Below, in pieces: positions 9,394 through 19,067 of a stretch of DNA of 64,000 nucleotides (positions are counted from its first letter, which is position 1; each line of letters opens with the position of its first letter). This DNA comes from Octopus sinensis (lineage: Eukaryota): assembly GCF_006345805.1 (NCBI RefSeq), contig NC_042998.1:93000001-93064000 (forward strand), written 5' to 3'. A program made the translations under genes and the position numbers. The notes beneath the pieces are model-generated. The model made no database searches and had not been told where the DNA came from. It saw only the letters and a program-made list of their open reading frames with translations.

Positions 9394-11900
9394 GCAACAA
9401 AAAGAGAACAAAAATGCTCCGCAAATATAACATCACAGAAAAAGATTTGCCGGAGATAAAAGAAAAGCTGAAGCAAGATATCCTTGCCAAAGCTCAAAGG
9501 ATCCGCCGGTACGAGAAACGCCAACGCTTCTTTGAACAGAACAAAAAGTTCAACTCCAACCCCAAAAAGTTCTACCAAGAACTGGGAAAAAATAAAATAG
9601 AAGTCACTGCAGCACCAACGGCAGAAGAATTGGAAGAATTCTGGAGAGAAATATGGTCGGCGAACGAACAGCCAAAAAAAAGGAGTACCAAAATAACAAA
9701 CTCGGCATCTGAACAACTTTGGACCCCCATAACAACTGAAGAGGTCACCCAGGCACTGCAAAAACTAAGCAACTGGAAGGCACCTGGGCATGACAAGATC
9801 CCCAACTTCTGGTTGAAATATCTAACAGGAATGCACAAAAAGCTGGCTGAAAACTTTAACAGCATACTAGCAGAGCCAGAGACAATGCCTGAATGGCTCA
9901 CGAAGGGGAAAACCATCTTAATTCCCAAATCAAATGAAACAGCAAAACCAGAAAACTACAGACCAATAACCTGCCTCCCTACTATGTTCAAGGCATTTAC
10001 TGCAGTGATATCGCAAAGGCTGAACAAGCACCTGGACGAAAACAAACTGTTCCCAGAAGAGCAGAAAGGATGCCGCAAAGGCTCATATGGCTGTAAAGAT
10101 CAACTAATGATTAATAAAGCCGTAACTGAAGACAGCCACAGAAAGAAGAAAGGCCTCAGTATGGCCTGGATTGACTACAAAAAGGCGTTTGATAGCATCC
10201 CCCACACATGGATCCTCAAAACACTAGCCATTAACAAAGTAGCACCAACAATCATAAAATTCATAGAGCACTCTATGAATAAATGGCAAACAGTCCTACA
10301 CCTCCAAACAAAAGAGGGTCTCATGAAAACCAAAGACATCCCCATTAGGAGAGGAATATTCCAGGGAGACACGCTCTCTCCACTCCTTTTCTGCTTGGCA
10401 CTGTCACCTCTATCTGATATGCTAAATAGAACTGGATGCGGATATAAATGTTACGGCAAAACGATCAGCCACCTTTTATATATGGATGACTTAAAACTAT
10501 ACGCTGCAAATGACAAACAGCTGGAAACACTATTAAAGACAGTTCATGGATTTACCAAAGAAATAGATATGAAATTTGGATTAGAAAAATGCGCCAAAGT
10601 AACCATGAAAAGAGGAAAACTAGTTAAGAGTAACAACATCACACTAGATAAAACCAATGAAATAAAAGAATTAGACCAAAGCCAAACTTACAAATACTTA
10701 GGAATCCATGAACTAGATAAGACACAACACACACAAATGAAAGAGAAAATAAAAAAAGAATATTATAGACGAGTTAGATCAATACTAAAAACAGAGCTCA
10801 ATGCTAAAAACAAGATAATAGGTATCAACACTTTAGCTGTCCCAGTTATAAGTTACAGCTACAATATCCTTAACTGGACACGAAATGAACTGACCAAAAT
10901 AGATAGGAAAACAAGAAAAATACTGACAGGATCTAGGATGCATCACCCAAAATCTGACATAGAAAGACTATATATACAACGTATAGAAGGTGGTAGAGGC
11001 CTTATACACCTGGAAAACTACTATAAAATAACCACCATAGGACTGCAAAAATATCTACTTCAGAAGGAAGGAAAACTGATCCAGATAGCAGCAAAACACG
11101 AGCAAAACAAAAAACTGTTCTCAGTATTTAAAGAAGCTGACAAATACAAACAAGAAATCATACCACCTAATAAATATGAAGAAGAAGAAGATGATGAAGA
11201 AACAAAAAAAGCTATAAAACAAATGAAATCCAAACTAAAAATAGAACAGCAACGAACCATGATAAAACTATGGCAAGAAAAGCCCCTTCATGGTAAATAC
11301 TGCACTAAACTAAATGCAAAAGAAATAGACAAAGAAAAATCCCAGCAATGGTTGAGAAGCTCAGGACTCAAAGCAGAGACAGAGGGATTTTTAATTGCAG
11401 CACAAGACCAAAGCCTCCCCACCAGAAATTACCAAAAACATGTAATGAAAAGAAATATTACAAGTAACTGCAGAATATGTGGAGATGGACAAGAAACAAT
11501 AAATAAAAAGGTCACAGAAAACGAGAAAGCAACCATACTCTGGGATATGCCGATACACACAGATAGAGAAATTAAGGCCAACAGACCAGATATAGTTGTC
11601 AGAGATCATGAAGAAAAAAAATGTTTTCTAATTGATGTATCAATACCGGCAGATGACAACGTGTCTCTAAAAGAAATGGAGAAACTCTCAAAATACAAAG
11701 ACCTGGAAATAGAGGTAACTAGAATGTGGAATCTGAAAACAGAAACAATTCCTATCATAGTAGGTGCATTAGGCATGATAAAAAAATATTCAGATAAATA
11801 CATAACAAAAACACCAGGACTTACAAACACATATAACATACAGAAAATTGCACTACTAGGCACTGCACACATCCTACGCAGAACACTTTCCATACAATAA
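9342..11900 (+). CDS. Reverse transcriptase + restriction-like endonuclease of Dong-1
   Basis: The frame is open from at least 9342 (RKDLSIL...), through the listed Met at 9414, to TAA at 11898-11900. YMDD catalytic motif intact; the CCHC finger is partly deleted near 11504. Confidence 0.92.
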   Translation, partial: RKDLSILNEISKQSTLLSNKKRTKMLRKYNITEKDLPEIKEKLKQDILAKAQRIRRYEKRQRFFEQNKKFNSNPKKFYQELGKNKIEVTAAPTAEELEEFWREIWSANEQPKKRSTKITNSASEQLWTPITTEEVTQALQKLSNWKAPGHDKIPNFWLKYLTGMHKKLAENFNSILAEPETMPEWLTKGKTILIPKSNETAKPENYRPITCLPTMFKAFTAVISQRLNKHLDENKLFPEEQKGCRKGSYGCKDQLMINKAVTEDSHRKKKGLSMAWIDYKKAFDSIPHTWILKTLAINKVAPTIIKFIEHSMNKWQTVLHLQTKEGLMKTKDIPIRRGIFQGDTLSPLLFCLALSPLSDMLNRTGCGYKCYGKTISHLLYMDDLKLYAANDKQLETLLKTVHGFTKEIDMKFGLEKCAKVTMKRGKLVKSNNITLDKTNEIKELDQSQTYKYLGIHELDKTQHTQMKEKIKKEYYRRVRSILKTELNAKNKIIGINTLAVPVISYSYNILNWTRNELTKIDRKTRKILTGSRMHHPKSDIERLYIQRIEGGRGLIHLENYYKITTIGLQKYLLQKEGKLIQIAAKHEQNKKLFSVFKEADKYKQEIIPPNKYEEEEDDEETKKAIKQMKSKLKIEQQRTMIKLWQEKPLHGKYCTKLNAKEIDKEKSQQWLRSSGLKAETEGFLIAAQDQSLPTRNYQKHVMKRNITSNCRICGDGQETINKKVTENEKATILWDMPIHTDREIKANRPDIVVRDHEEKKCFLIDVSIPADDNVSLKEMEKLSKYKDLEIEVTRMWNLKTETIPIIVGALGMIKKYSDKYITKTPGLTNTYNIQKIALLGTAHILRRTLSIQ

Positions 11901-11998
11901 CCATCAGAGCATCACAACAAATCACAGCACATACCCAAGGCACACAGAGCTGCGCTCGGTAGTGAAGTGAAAGCACGCTATAAAAATAAAACTACTGA

Positions 11999-12042
11999 AT
12001 AATAATAATAATGATAATAATAATAAATTTAATAATAATAAC

Positions 12043-12074
<32 letters not shown>

Positions 12075-12115
12075 TAAATATAATAATAATAATAATGATA
12101 ATAATAATAATAACT
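11999..12115. repeat. (AAT)n microsatellite between Dong-1 and Dong-2
   Basis: AAT run with occasional GAT. Confidence 0.95.
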
Positions 12116-12826
12116 GATGATGGAGGAACCTAGGATGAAGGCGAGTGAGAAAGTAACCCAGTTTGCTAAATGAGTTAAGGAAGAGATGAAAAACAAGCCT
12201 AAAAGAAGAGCAAAGAAGAATGGCTAGCAAAACCGATGCCTGGCCGATACCCATGTAGAGTGAACAAACCAGACATAGAAAAACGAGACATTCACCTATG
12301 GATGAAGAGCTCAGGACTGAAGGCTGAAACCGAAGGTTTTGTCATAGCAGCACAAGATCAATGCTTGGCAACCAGGGCTGACCACAAAAAAATAATGAAC
12401 GATGGCCCTGACCCGAAATGCAGAATGTGTCATGAGCAGGATGAAACAGTGGACCGCATCTTAACTGGAAGCACAGCGCTAGCAAAAACTGAATATATTC
12501 ATAGATATGATAGAGTAGCACAATATATGCATTGGAAGATATGTAAACACTACCAGCTTCCAATTTCAGAAAGATGGTACCAGTATAAACCTGAAACTGT
12601 GACTGGAAAAGAGGATATAACAATACTCTGGAACATGCCAATCAACACTGATAAAGAAATCAAGGCAAACAGGCCGAACATAATCATCAAAGATGGAAAG
12701 AATAAGAAATGCTTAATGATAGATGTGACAGTACCATTAGAGAGAAATGTGTCCATTAAAGAAGTTGAGAAGTTATTTAAGTACAAAGACCGAGAAATAG
12801 AAGTGACAAAGATGTGGGGAATGAAA
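12116..12826 (+). mobile_element. Fragment of a second, diverged R4/Dong element (Dong-2): zinc-knuckle and RLE region
   Basis: EEWLAKPMPGRY, SSGLKAETEGFVIAAQDQ, CRMC, WNMPINTDKEIKANRPNIII..IDVTVP..KEVEKLFKYKDREIEVTKMWGMK align to the Dong-1 C-terminus. It stops before IPIIVGALG. Confidence 0.9.
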
Positions 12827-13318
12827 AGCAGCACAGAAAACGAATATTGGAGTACCTTAAAGAACAGCCACAAGAGAGATAAGCCCTATTCATTGTGCAA
12901 CAACATGAGTGAAGTGAATTCCATCAGAAATCATAATAGAAATGTTATGATTTATACAGAAGGTGGAACATGTAAAGATTCCCATTTGGTGTATGCTGCA
13001 GGATGCATGAAACACAACTTAATTTATGTTGGTTGTACAACAGAACAATTAAGCAAAATGTTTAACGGGCACAGATTCGATGTCAGGCACAATAACAGTA
13101 GTTCGATGGAACTTGCTGAACATTTCGCTTCAAGCAGTTGCAATTTACAAGAAGACTTGAAAGTGCATATTCTCAGAAAATATTCTGAATCTGTTTCACT
13201 TTTACTTCTCAGAATGTATGAGGAGAAATATGTTTGCAGGTTGTTAACATCACGGGCTGGAGGAATGAATAAGATGGCAGGAGAATATTATCAAATTCAT
13301 ACAAAACTATTTGATTAA
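12236..13318 (+). CDS. 360-aa chimeric ORF: Dong RLE domain fused to a Penelope GIY-YIG endonuclease
   Basis: Continuous frame. Dong homology ends at ~12826; Penelope-type motifs follow (LVYAAGCMKHNLIYVGCT, FNGHR, ELAEHF, YEEKY, GGMN). Expression unknown. Confidence 0.6.
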   Translation: MPGRYPCRVNKPDIEKRDIHLWMKSSGLKAETEGFVIAAQDQCLATRADHKKIMNDGPDPKCRMCHEQDETVDRILTGSTALAKTEYIHRYDRVAQYMHWKICKHYQLPISERWYQYKPETVTGKEDITILWNMPINTDKEIKANRPNIIIKDGKNKKCLMIDVTVPLERNVSIKEVEKLFKYKDREIEVTKMWGMKSSTENEYWSTLKNSHKRDKPYSLCNNMSEVNSIRNHNRNVMIYTEGGTCKDSHLVYAAGCMKHNLIYVGCTTEQLSKMFNGHRFDVRHNNSSSMELAEHFASSSCNLQEDLKVHILRKYSESVSLLLLRMYEEKYVCRLLTSRAGGMNKMAGEYYQIHTKLFD

Positions 13319-13652
13319 ATATTCTTCTTTCTCTCTTTTTCTTTTTTTCTGTTGTCTTCTTTTTTCTGTTTTTTTCTGTCTTTTTTTGTCTTTTTCTTTT
13401 TGCCTGTTATAAAATTGTAACTTAAAAACTGATGGTGTCATTCTATTAACATGTGGACGCTGGTTGCTCTTGTTTATACTTTACGTTTAAATTTCTGTAA
13501 TTTTGAATTTTTGTCATTTCTTAATTTGAACTTGACAAAGACAGACTCACTGTTGAAATATTGTTCAACTAATAAAATATCTTACAATTGAATCGCGCTC
13601 TTCATCTTGACTGTTTACTTTTGTGAAGAGTTACATCAATCCTTTTTAAAAT
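12827..13652 (+). mobile_element. 5'-truncated Penelope-like element (GIY-YIG domain plus 3' pLTR region)
   Basis: GIY-YIG motifs with an upstream Cys-containing linker (HKRDKPYSLC), a T-rich 3' UTR, a hammerhead-like motif and AATAAA at 13571-13576. Ends in (AAT)n. Confidence 0.85.
13526..13568 (+). ncRNA. Type I minimal hammerhead ribozyme motif (U3-A8 core variant)
   Basis: ttgaac (helix I) + UUGACAA + extra A + gacag/actca/ctgtt (helix II) + GAAA + ta + UU (palindromic AAUAUU helix III, cleavage triplet AUU) + gttcaa (helix I complement). Confidence 0.7.
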
Positions 13653-13672
13653 ATAATAATAATAATGATAAT

Positions 13673-13723
<51 letters not shown>

Positions 13724-13755
13724 GATAACGATGATAATGATGATGATGATGATGA
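13653..13755. repeat. (AAT)n grading into (GAT)n microsatellite
   Basis: Direct reading. Confidence 0.95.
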
Positions 13756-13985
13756 TTTGTCTTATTCGTCACAGTATCAGATGAAAGAAACATTACAAAA
13801 ACAAGTTATATATATAATAGGAGTAATACAAACGAATGTGACAATAAGTATATGAAGTAAGGATATACATGGATAATACAGGAAAATCTCCAATCAGGGT
13901 ACCATGATCCAAAATCGTCTTACTGCCAAAATCCTTCTTTGCCATGATCCAAAATCATCCCTTTGCAAGTTGTTCTCTGACTTAC

Positions 13986-14132
13986 AGGTGCATACTTTGA
14001 GTAGTTCCATTCATGTGTACTATTTTTGCCGCAGTCACCAATTTTCTGACAAATTCGATAGTGGAAAATACTTCCTTCTTCACCCTCATCTTCCTTTCCA
14101 AGCAGAACTTGCAAAGTTCATTGAGTGCTGGA
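13986..14132 (-). CDS. Candidate coding exon (PALNELCKFCLERKMRVKKEVFSTIEFVRKLVTAAKIVHMNGTTQSMH)
   Basis: ctttcctcttaag acceptor and gtaagt donor; 147 nt, phase 2 to 2; open frame. An alternative frame (LLGKEDEGEEGSIFHYRIC...) is possible with a more internal acceptor. Confidence 0.4.
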
Positions 14133-14719
14133 CTTAAGAGGAAAGTGTCCATCCCCAGTAATATTCAGCCTCATCCACCTCAAAAGAATTTTTTTTTCAA
14201 ACTCACTGCCTACTCTGTCTGTTTAAAAGAGAGTGGTGAAGCAATTACCATGGTGGAATTGGTCAATAGCTTGATTCATCCTACACACTGTAGCAACTGT
14301 TTGACACAATCTACAAGTCAGCAATACTCAGATTCTGAAAGTGGCCATGCAAAATATTTTCATTGTTTTGTACATATTTCAATACAGTTACATCTGATGA
14401 TACCTGATAGATGGCAACACTGAATAGATCAGGTGTTTTCACACCTTTTACCATAAGGGAGATATTTTCTCATTGGTAACTGCAGTGTATTTGCCTTTTA
14501 GCAGTTGAAATATGTCACAAACATATCTTAACTTACCTAAATTTTGCACATATATATATATAAATATATAAATATTTTATCTTATATTAAACTTTTTATA
14601 CTTTTTGATAGTTATAAATATTTAATTAAATATATATATATATATATATAAAAAATATATAATATATAAAATATAAAAAATAAAAAATAAAAAATAAAAA
14701 ATAAAAATAAAAATAAATA

Positions 14720-14930
14720 AATATATATATATAAAAAAATTTATAAATATAAATTAATAATTTTTAATTTTTAACTTTAAATTTAAATAATTTAAATTTT
14801 GAATTTTATATTTTATATATTTTGTATTTTATATTAATTTATTTTATTTCTATGTTTTGGTTTATGTTTTTCACTGTTTGATTTGCCTAATAGTGGTTTT
14901 ATCTTTAATTTAATTTATAAATATATAAAT
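14720..14930 (+). repeat. Extremely AT-rich repeat unit embedded in (TA)n, duplicated at ~17160-17340
   Basis: Shared string ...ttttaactttaaatttaaataatttaaattttgaattttatat...tttttcactgtttgatttgcctaatagtggttttatc in both places, same orientation. Confidence 0.8.
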
Positions 14931-16121
14931 ATATATATATACATTTGGCATGGTTTCTATGGCGAGATGCCCTTCCTAATGTCAACCACTTTACAGAGTG
15001 TGTTGGGAGCTTTTATGAGGCACCACACACACACTTTTATGTGACACTGCGCAGACACTCTTATGTGGCATCGCATGGATGCTTTGATGTGGAACTGCAT
15101 GGGCACTTTTATGTGACATTGCATGGATGCTTTTACATGGTTCCACCATGAGTGCTTTTTATGTAGAACTGGCATAGGATTCTTGCAGGTCAATCTTCTC
15201 CACTAGGGGACTGGTTTTGACACTTCTGGTGTGGAGCATGGGTCTTCTTGAGTACAGCAAGGCATGAGGCATCTCAGTCTTTCTGCTAACCAATGGCTAG
15301 TATTTTTAGCTGCACAATGGCATACATCCATGAGATGCAAAGCTCACTTGATACTCTCTGAGTGCTACTCACTAGATTTGCCACTATGGCTTGGAGCATG
15401 GCAATGGAATCCATGGTTTTAAGCCTACCTGAACATGCTTGATTGTCAAGGTTCTTGCAAGCTAAGCAAAAATTTTTTAACCATCTGGTTACTGTACCAT
15501 AATCAACTGCATCTTCACCTTTTGCACAACATATTCTTGGCTGCTTCTACAGCATTATGGCCCAGTTCAAGCTCATAAAACATAACTTCCTGAATTAGAT
15601 TACATTCCAAGTCTATCAGTGCAGTTTTTCAAATCACATACGAAGGGAAGCAATGCATGATGTGTCAGTGTACTAACTACCATGATACTACCAATCTCAG
15701 CAGGTGCCCTCCATGGCTTCAACTGCTTCAGTCATGTGATATACACACACATATACAAATATTGCAAAAACCTTTGACTTGCCTCAATACACACATACAC
15801 ACACACACATGCATATTACAACAAAATTTTATATAAAGTTACCCACAGTTTCACATCCTCAATGCCAAAGCCTTGTATGTATGTACACACATGCACACAT
15901 ACAAACATAATACTTACATACACACATATACATATATATTTATATATATAGATAGATACATACATACATACATACATACATGCGTACATACATACATATG
16001 CATACATACATACATACATACATACATACATACATACATACATACATCATACATACATACATACATACATATATACATACATACATACACATGCATACAT
16101 ACATATACATACATACATACA

Positions 16122-16152
<31 letters not shown>

Positions 16153-16699
16153 GCATGCATACACGAATGCATATATATGTGTGTATATTATCTTTCTTCA
16201 TCTTGTTATTTACATGCTACATCTACCCAGTTATAGTTAGTTGTATGACATATTTCAGAAATTTTCATAGACCATTGAAAGGTATTCTGAAAAGAAAAAA
16301 CAGTTTCTTACACCCTTTTTCCATAGTATTATATGCTTCCACATGCAATGCTATGGGAGTTAAATGTTTAAAAGAAAACCCTATATGAATGATATATTAC
16401 ATAGACATGTAAACATGGTAAGAATGAAGTTGTAGTGTTACTTTCTTTCTCAAGAAAATTTATGCTATAAGTGTAGTTGTATAAATGTAATTGTATACCT
16501 TTGTATATTGTACCTTTCAATTACAGGTACAATTCTTACAACAGGCTTTTGTATAGCTTCCATCTACCCCATTTCATGCATAAGATATAGTCTTAAAGTA
16601 ATAGAAAATGACACTCAAAATGCCATGCAGTAGGATGAACCTGTAATCTAGTGATTGTGAAGCAAACTTCTAAACCATTGGGCTATACTGTACTTACAA

Positions 16700-17070
16700 T
16701 GTATGAATATATAGCAGAACTGTTAGAGTGTCTGGTGGAATGTTTTGTAGTAACTCTTCAAGCCATTTGCATTCTACCTGTAACATATTGTGGTGACACT
16801 GGTGCCAGGCAGTATCAGCTAGTGGCCTTTCCTTTAGACACACCTATCAGTAATATGGTAAAAGCAGATTTCCATGCATGGGTAACTATTAGACTTCCAC
16901 AAAGTGCCTCAGTTGGGCCTGCACCTATATGTTAGGATTCTTGAAGACCCTAGAATAAAAGTAAATATATACAATGATAATATAGTGTATTTAATGAGAG
17001 AAAGGAATTTCAATGTAGAAAATGCTAGACAAGGTCAACTTTGACTGAGAGAAGCCTTGTATATGAGTAA
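16700..17070 (-). repeat. Unclassified interspersed repeat; second copy at ~43012-43285 (+)
   Basis: The reverse complement matches actcatatacaaggcttct...ggtcttcaagaatcctaacata...gcctggcaccagtgtcaccacaatat at 43 kb with high identity apart from indels. Confidence 0.8.
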
Positions 17071-17103
17071 AAAAAAAATTTAAATTAAATAAAAAAAATA
17101 TAT

Positions 17104-17156
<53 letters not shown>

Positions 17157-17336
17157 TATAAAAAATTATAAATATAATTAATAATTTTTAATTTTTAACT
17201 TTAAATTTAAATAATTTAAATTTTGAATTTTATATTTTATATATTTTGTATATTATATTGATTAATTTTATTTCTATGTTTTAGTTTATGTTTTTCACTG
17301 TTTGATTTGCCTAATAGTGGTTTTATCTCTAATTTA

Positions 17337-17395
<59 letters not shown>

Positions 17396-18389
17396 TACAT
17401 ACATATACATATACATATACATACATACATACATGCATATATATATATATATAGGGTTTCTTTCAGCTTTAATCAACCACATCCACTCACAAGGCTTTTG
17501 TTGGTCAATCGTTATAGTAGAAGATACCTGTCTGAAGTGTCATGCAGTGGGATTGAAACTGGAACTATAGTGCTAGAAAGCAAACTTTTTTAGCCATACA
17601 ACCATGCTTGTGCTTATATGCTATAAATTTTTCTTCTCTATTGCATTTTAGAAGTGTAAAAAAAAATGTAAAGAAAATTCAATAACTGTTGTATATTAAG
17701 AACATATATAGCTACTGCAAAAAGAAATGATTGATCACACAAGTTCTTTCTGTCAAATAGTGGTAGGTTTAGAAATGTATAGAATTCTCCAGAAGCATCA
17801 ATAGATTGTTATTGCAAAGTTGTTGTTTCTCTAACAAGAACAGAAGTAATATTATTCCTTAGTGAGATGTTATAGTTAAGTTCAATAAGGAAATATTATA
17901 CAAAATATAGATTTTGTTTAGAAATTGCTAAAATTTAGGTCATTTGTATATGCAATAACAAGAATTACTATAAGAACAATGGTAAAAGCATCAATAGAAA
18001 TAAAAATAAAAATAAATTTTTCTATTTTTTCCTCCTCCTTTGTCTTCCTCAACAAATTGGGATCTTAACAGTCAAAGGAAATAATTTTGTAAAAATCAAA
18101 ATAGTTTTCCGTGTATATGAAATTTAAAACTCATTTTAAAAAATATTTTGCAATTTTCATAGATTCTAATATTTCATGTAATAAGCTTATAAATGCACAT
18201 TTTCCCTGAAATGAATAATATATTTTTGAAATACTGAGGTTTTTCTTTTAAATGTGGTTAATATTTCATTACTTAATATTTTGTTCCCTGAAATTCTTTC
18301 CTGATGATATATAATAAGGCTTTGTAATGATGGCCCTTGCTTTAGAGATTTTTATTTCATCTTTATTCCGAGATGAAAATTGTAGTCTA

Positions 18390-19067
18390 CAAGGTGGTAT
18401 CAAAAAGTTCCTAAACTGTTTCTTTAGCATGCCAAGAGATGGCAGCACTGTGCACAGTGAGAGCTAGCAGTGACCTTCATGAGGCAGTTTGTCAAGTGGC
18501 ATGACTGTGTTTACTTCACAAGTTGTGAAATTTGTGTTTTTGTGATCACGTGCATGCTGTATTCTGTGATTTTTGTCATGGACAAGGTGGAACAAAGAAC
18601 CAACGTGAAATTTTGCATTAAACTTGGGAAGTCTGCTACAGAGACATTGAGCATGCTTTGGCAAGCTTATGGTGATGAGACAATAGGTCATTAAGAATTT
18701 GTCCCTAAGGGCCAGATTGTCAATAAGGAATTCTCCTGTGATGTTTCGAAGTGTTTGAGGAAAGATATTTGATGAAAATGATTAGGTATGTGGCATGCAA
18801 AGAATTGAATTCTTCGCTTGTGAGTTTTTTTTACCAAAAACATGGCATCACTTCCGCATCCACTCTTTTCCCTAAATTTAGCACCTGCTGACTTCCATCT
18901 CTCCCCCAAGATGAAAATGTAGCTCAAAGGTTGCCATTTTATAAGTGGCAGAAATGCTGTATTGCTGCACAAGGTGACTATTTTGAAGGATATGATGTTA
19001 AAACCTAGGTAAATAAGTTATTCTTTATTAAACATAACTAGTCCTGGAACCTTTTGATACCAACTCG
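18390..19067 (+). mobile_element. Internally deleted mariner element
   Basis: TA-flanked TIRs (caaggtggtatcaaaaagttcc / ggaaccttttgataccaactcg). N-terminal EQRTNVKFCIKLGKSATETLSML is joined to decayed C-terminal transposase sequence (KEFVPKGQIVNKEF, LAPADFHL). Confidence 0.85.

Larger units (their letters stand above)
8171..11998 (+). mobile_element. Near-full-length R4/Dong-clade non-LTR retrotransposon (Dong-1) inserted in (TAA)n
   Basis: Contains an N-terminal Myb-like RHKWTREE motif, RT motifs (KAPGHD, YRPITCL, WIDYKKAFDS, GIFQGDTLSPLLF, LLYMDD) and a C-terminal RLE (RPDIVV..IDVSIP..KEMEKLSKY..PIIVGALG). Flanked by AAT repeats on both sides, the known target of Dong elements. Confidence 0.93.

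Noticed and set aside
8477-12873. Numerous minus-strand ORFs over the Dong and Penelope elements
   Set aside because: Antisense shadows of the A-rich coding strand, with no recognisable motifs.
15816-16388. MYVC/HTYI-repeat ORFs here and at ~29.5, 41.3-42.3, 50.2, 53.5 and 58.3-59.0 kb
   Set aside because: They are translations of (TACA)n, (TA)n and (AGAT)n microsatellites.
16698-16777. Attractive minus-strand exon VECKWLEELLQNIPPDTLTVLLYIHT (phase 0 to 2) that would splice in frame to 13986-14132
   Set aside because: The nucleotide sequence aligns to a decayed tRNA-SINE head, and part of it recurs at ~43270. It could only be an exonised SINE, which needs RNA evidence.
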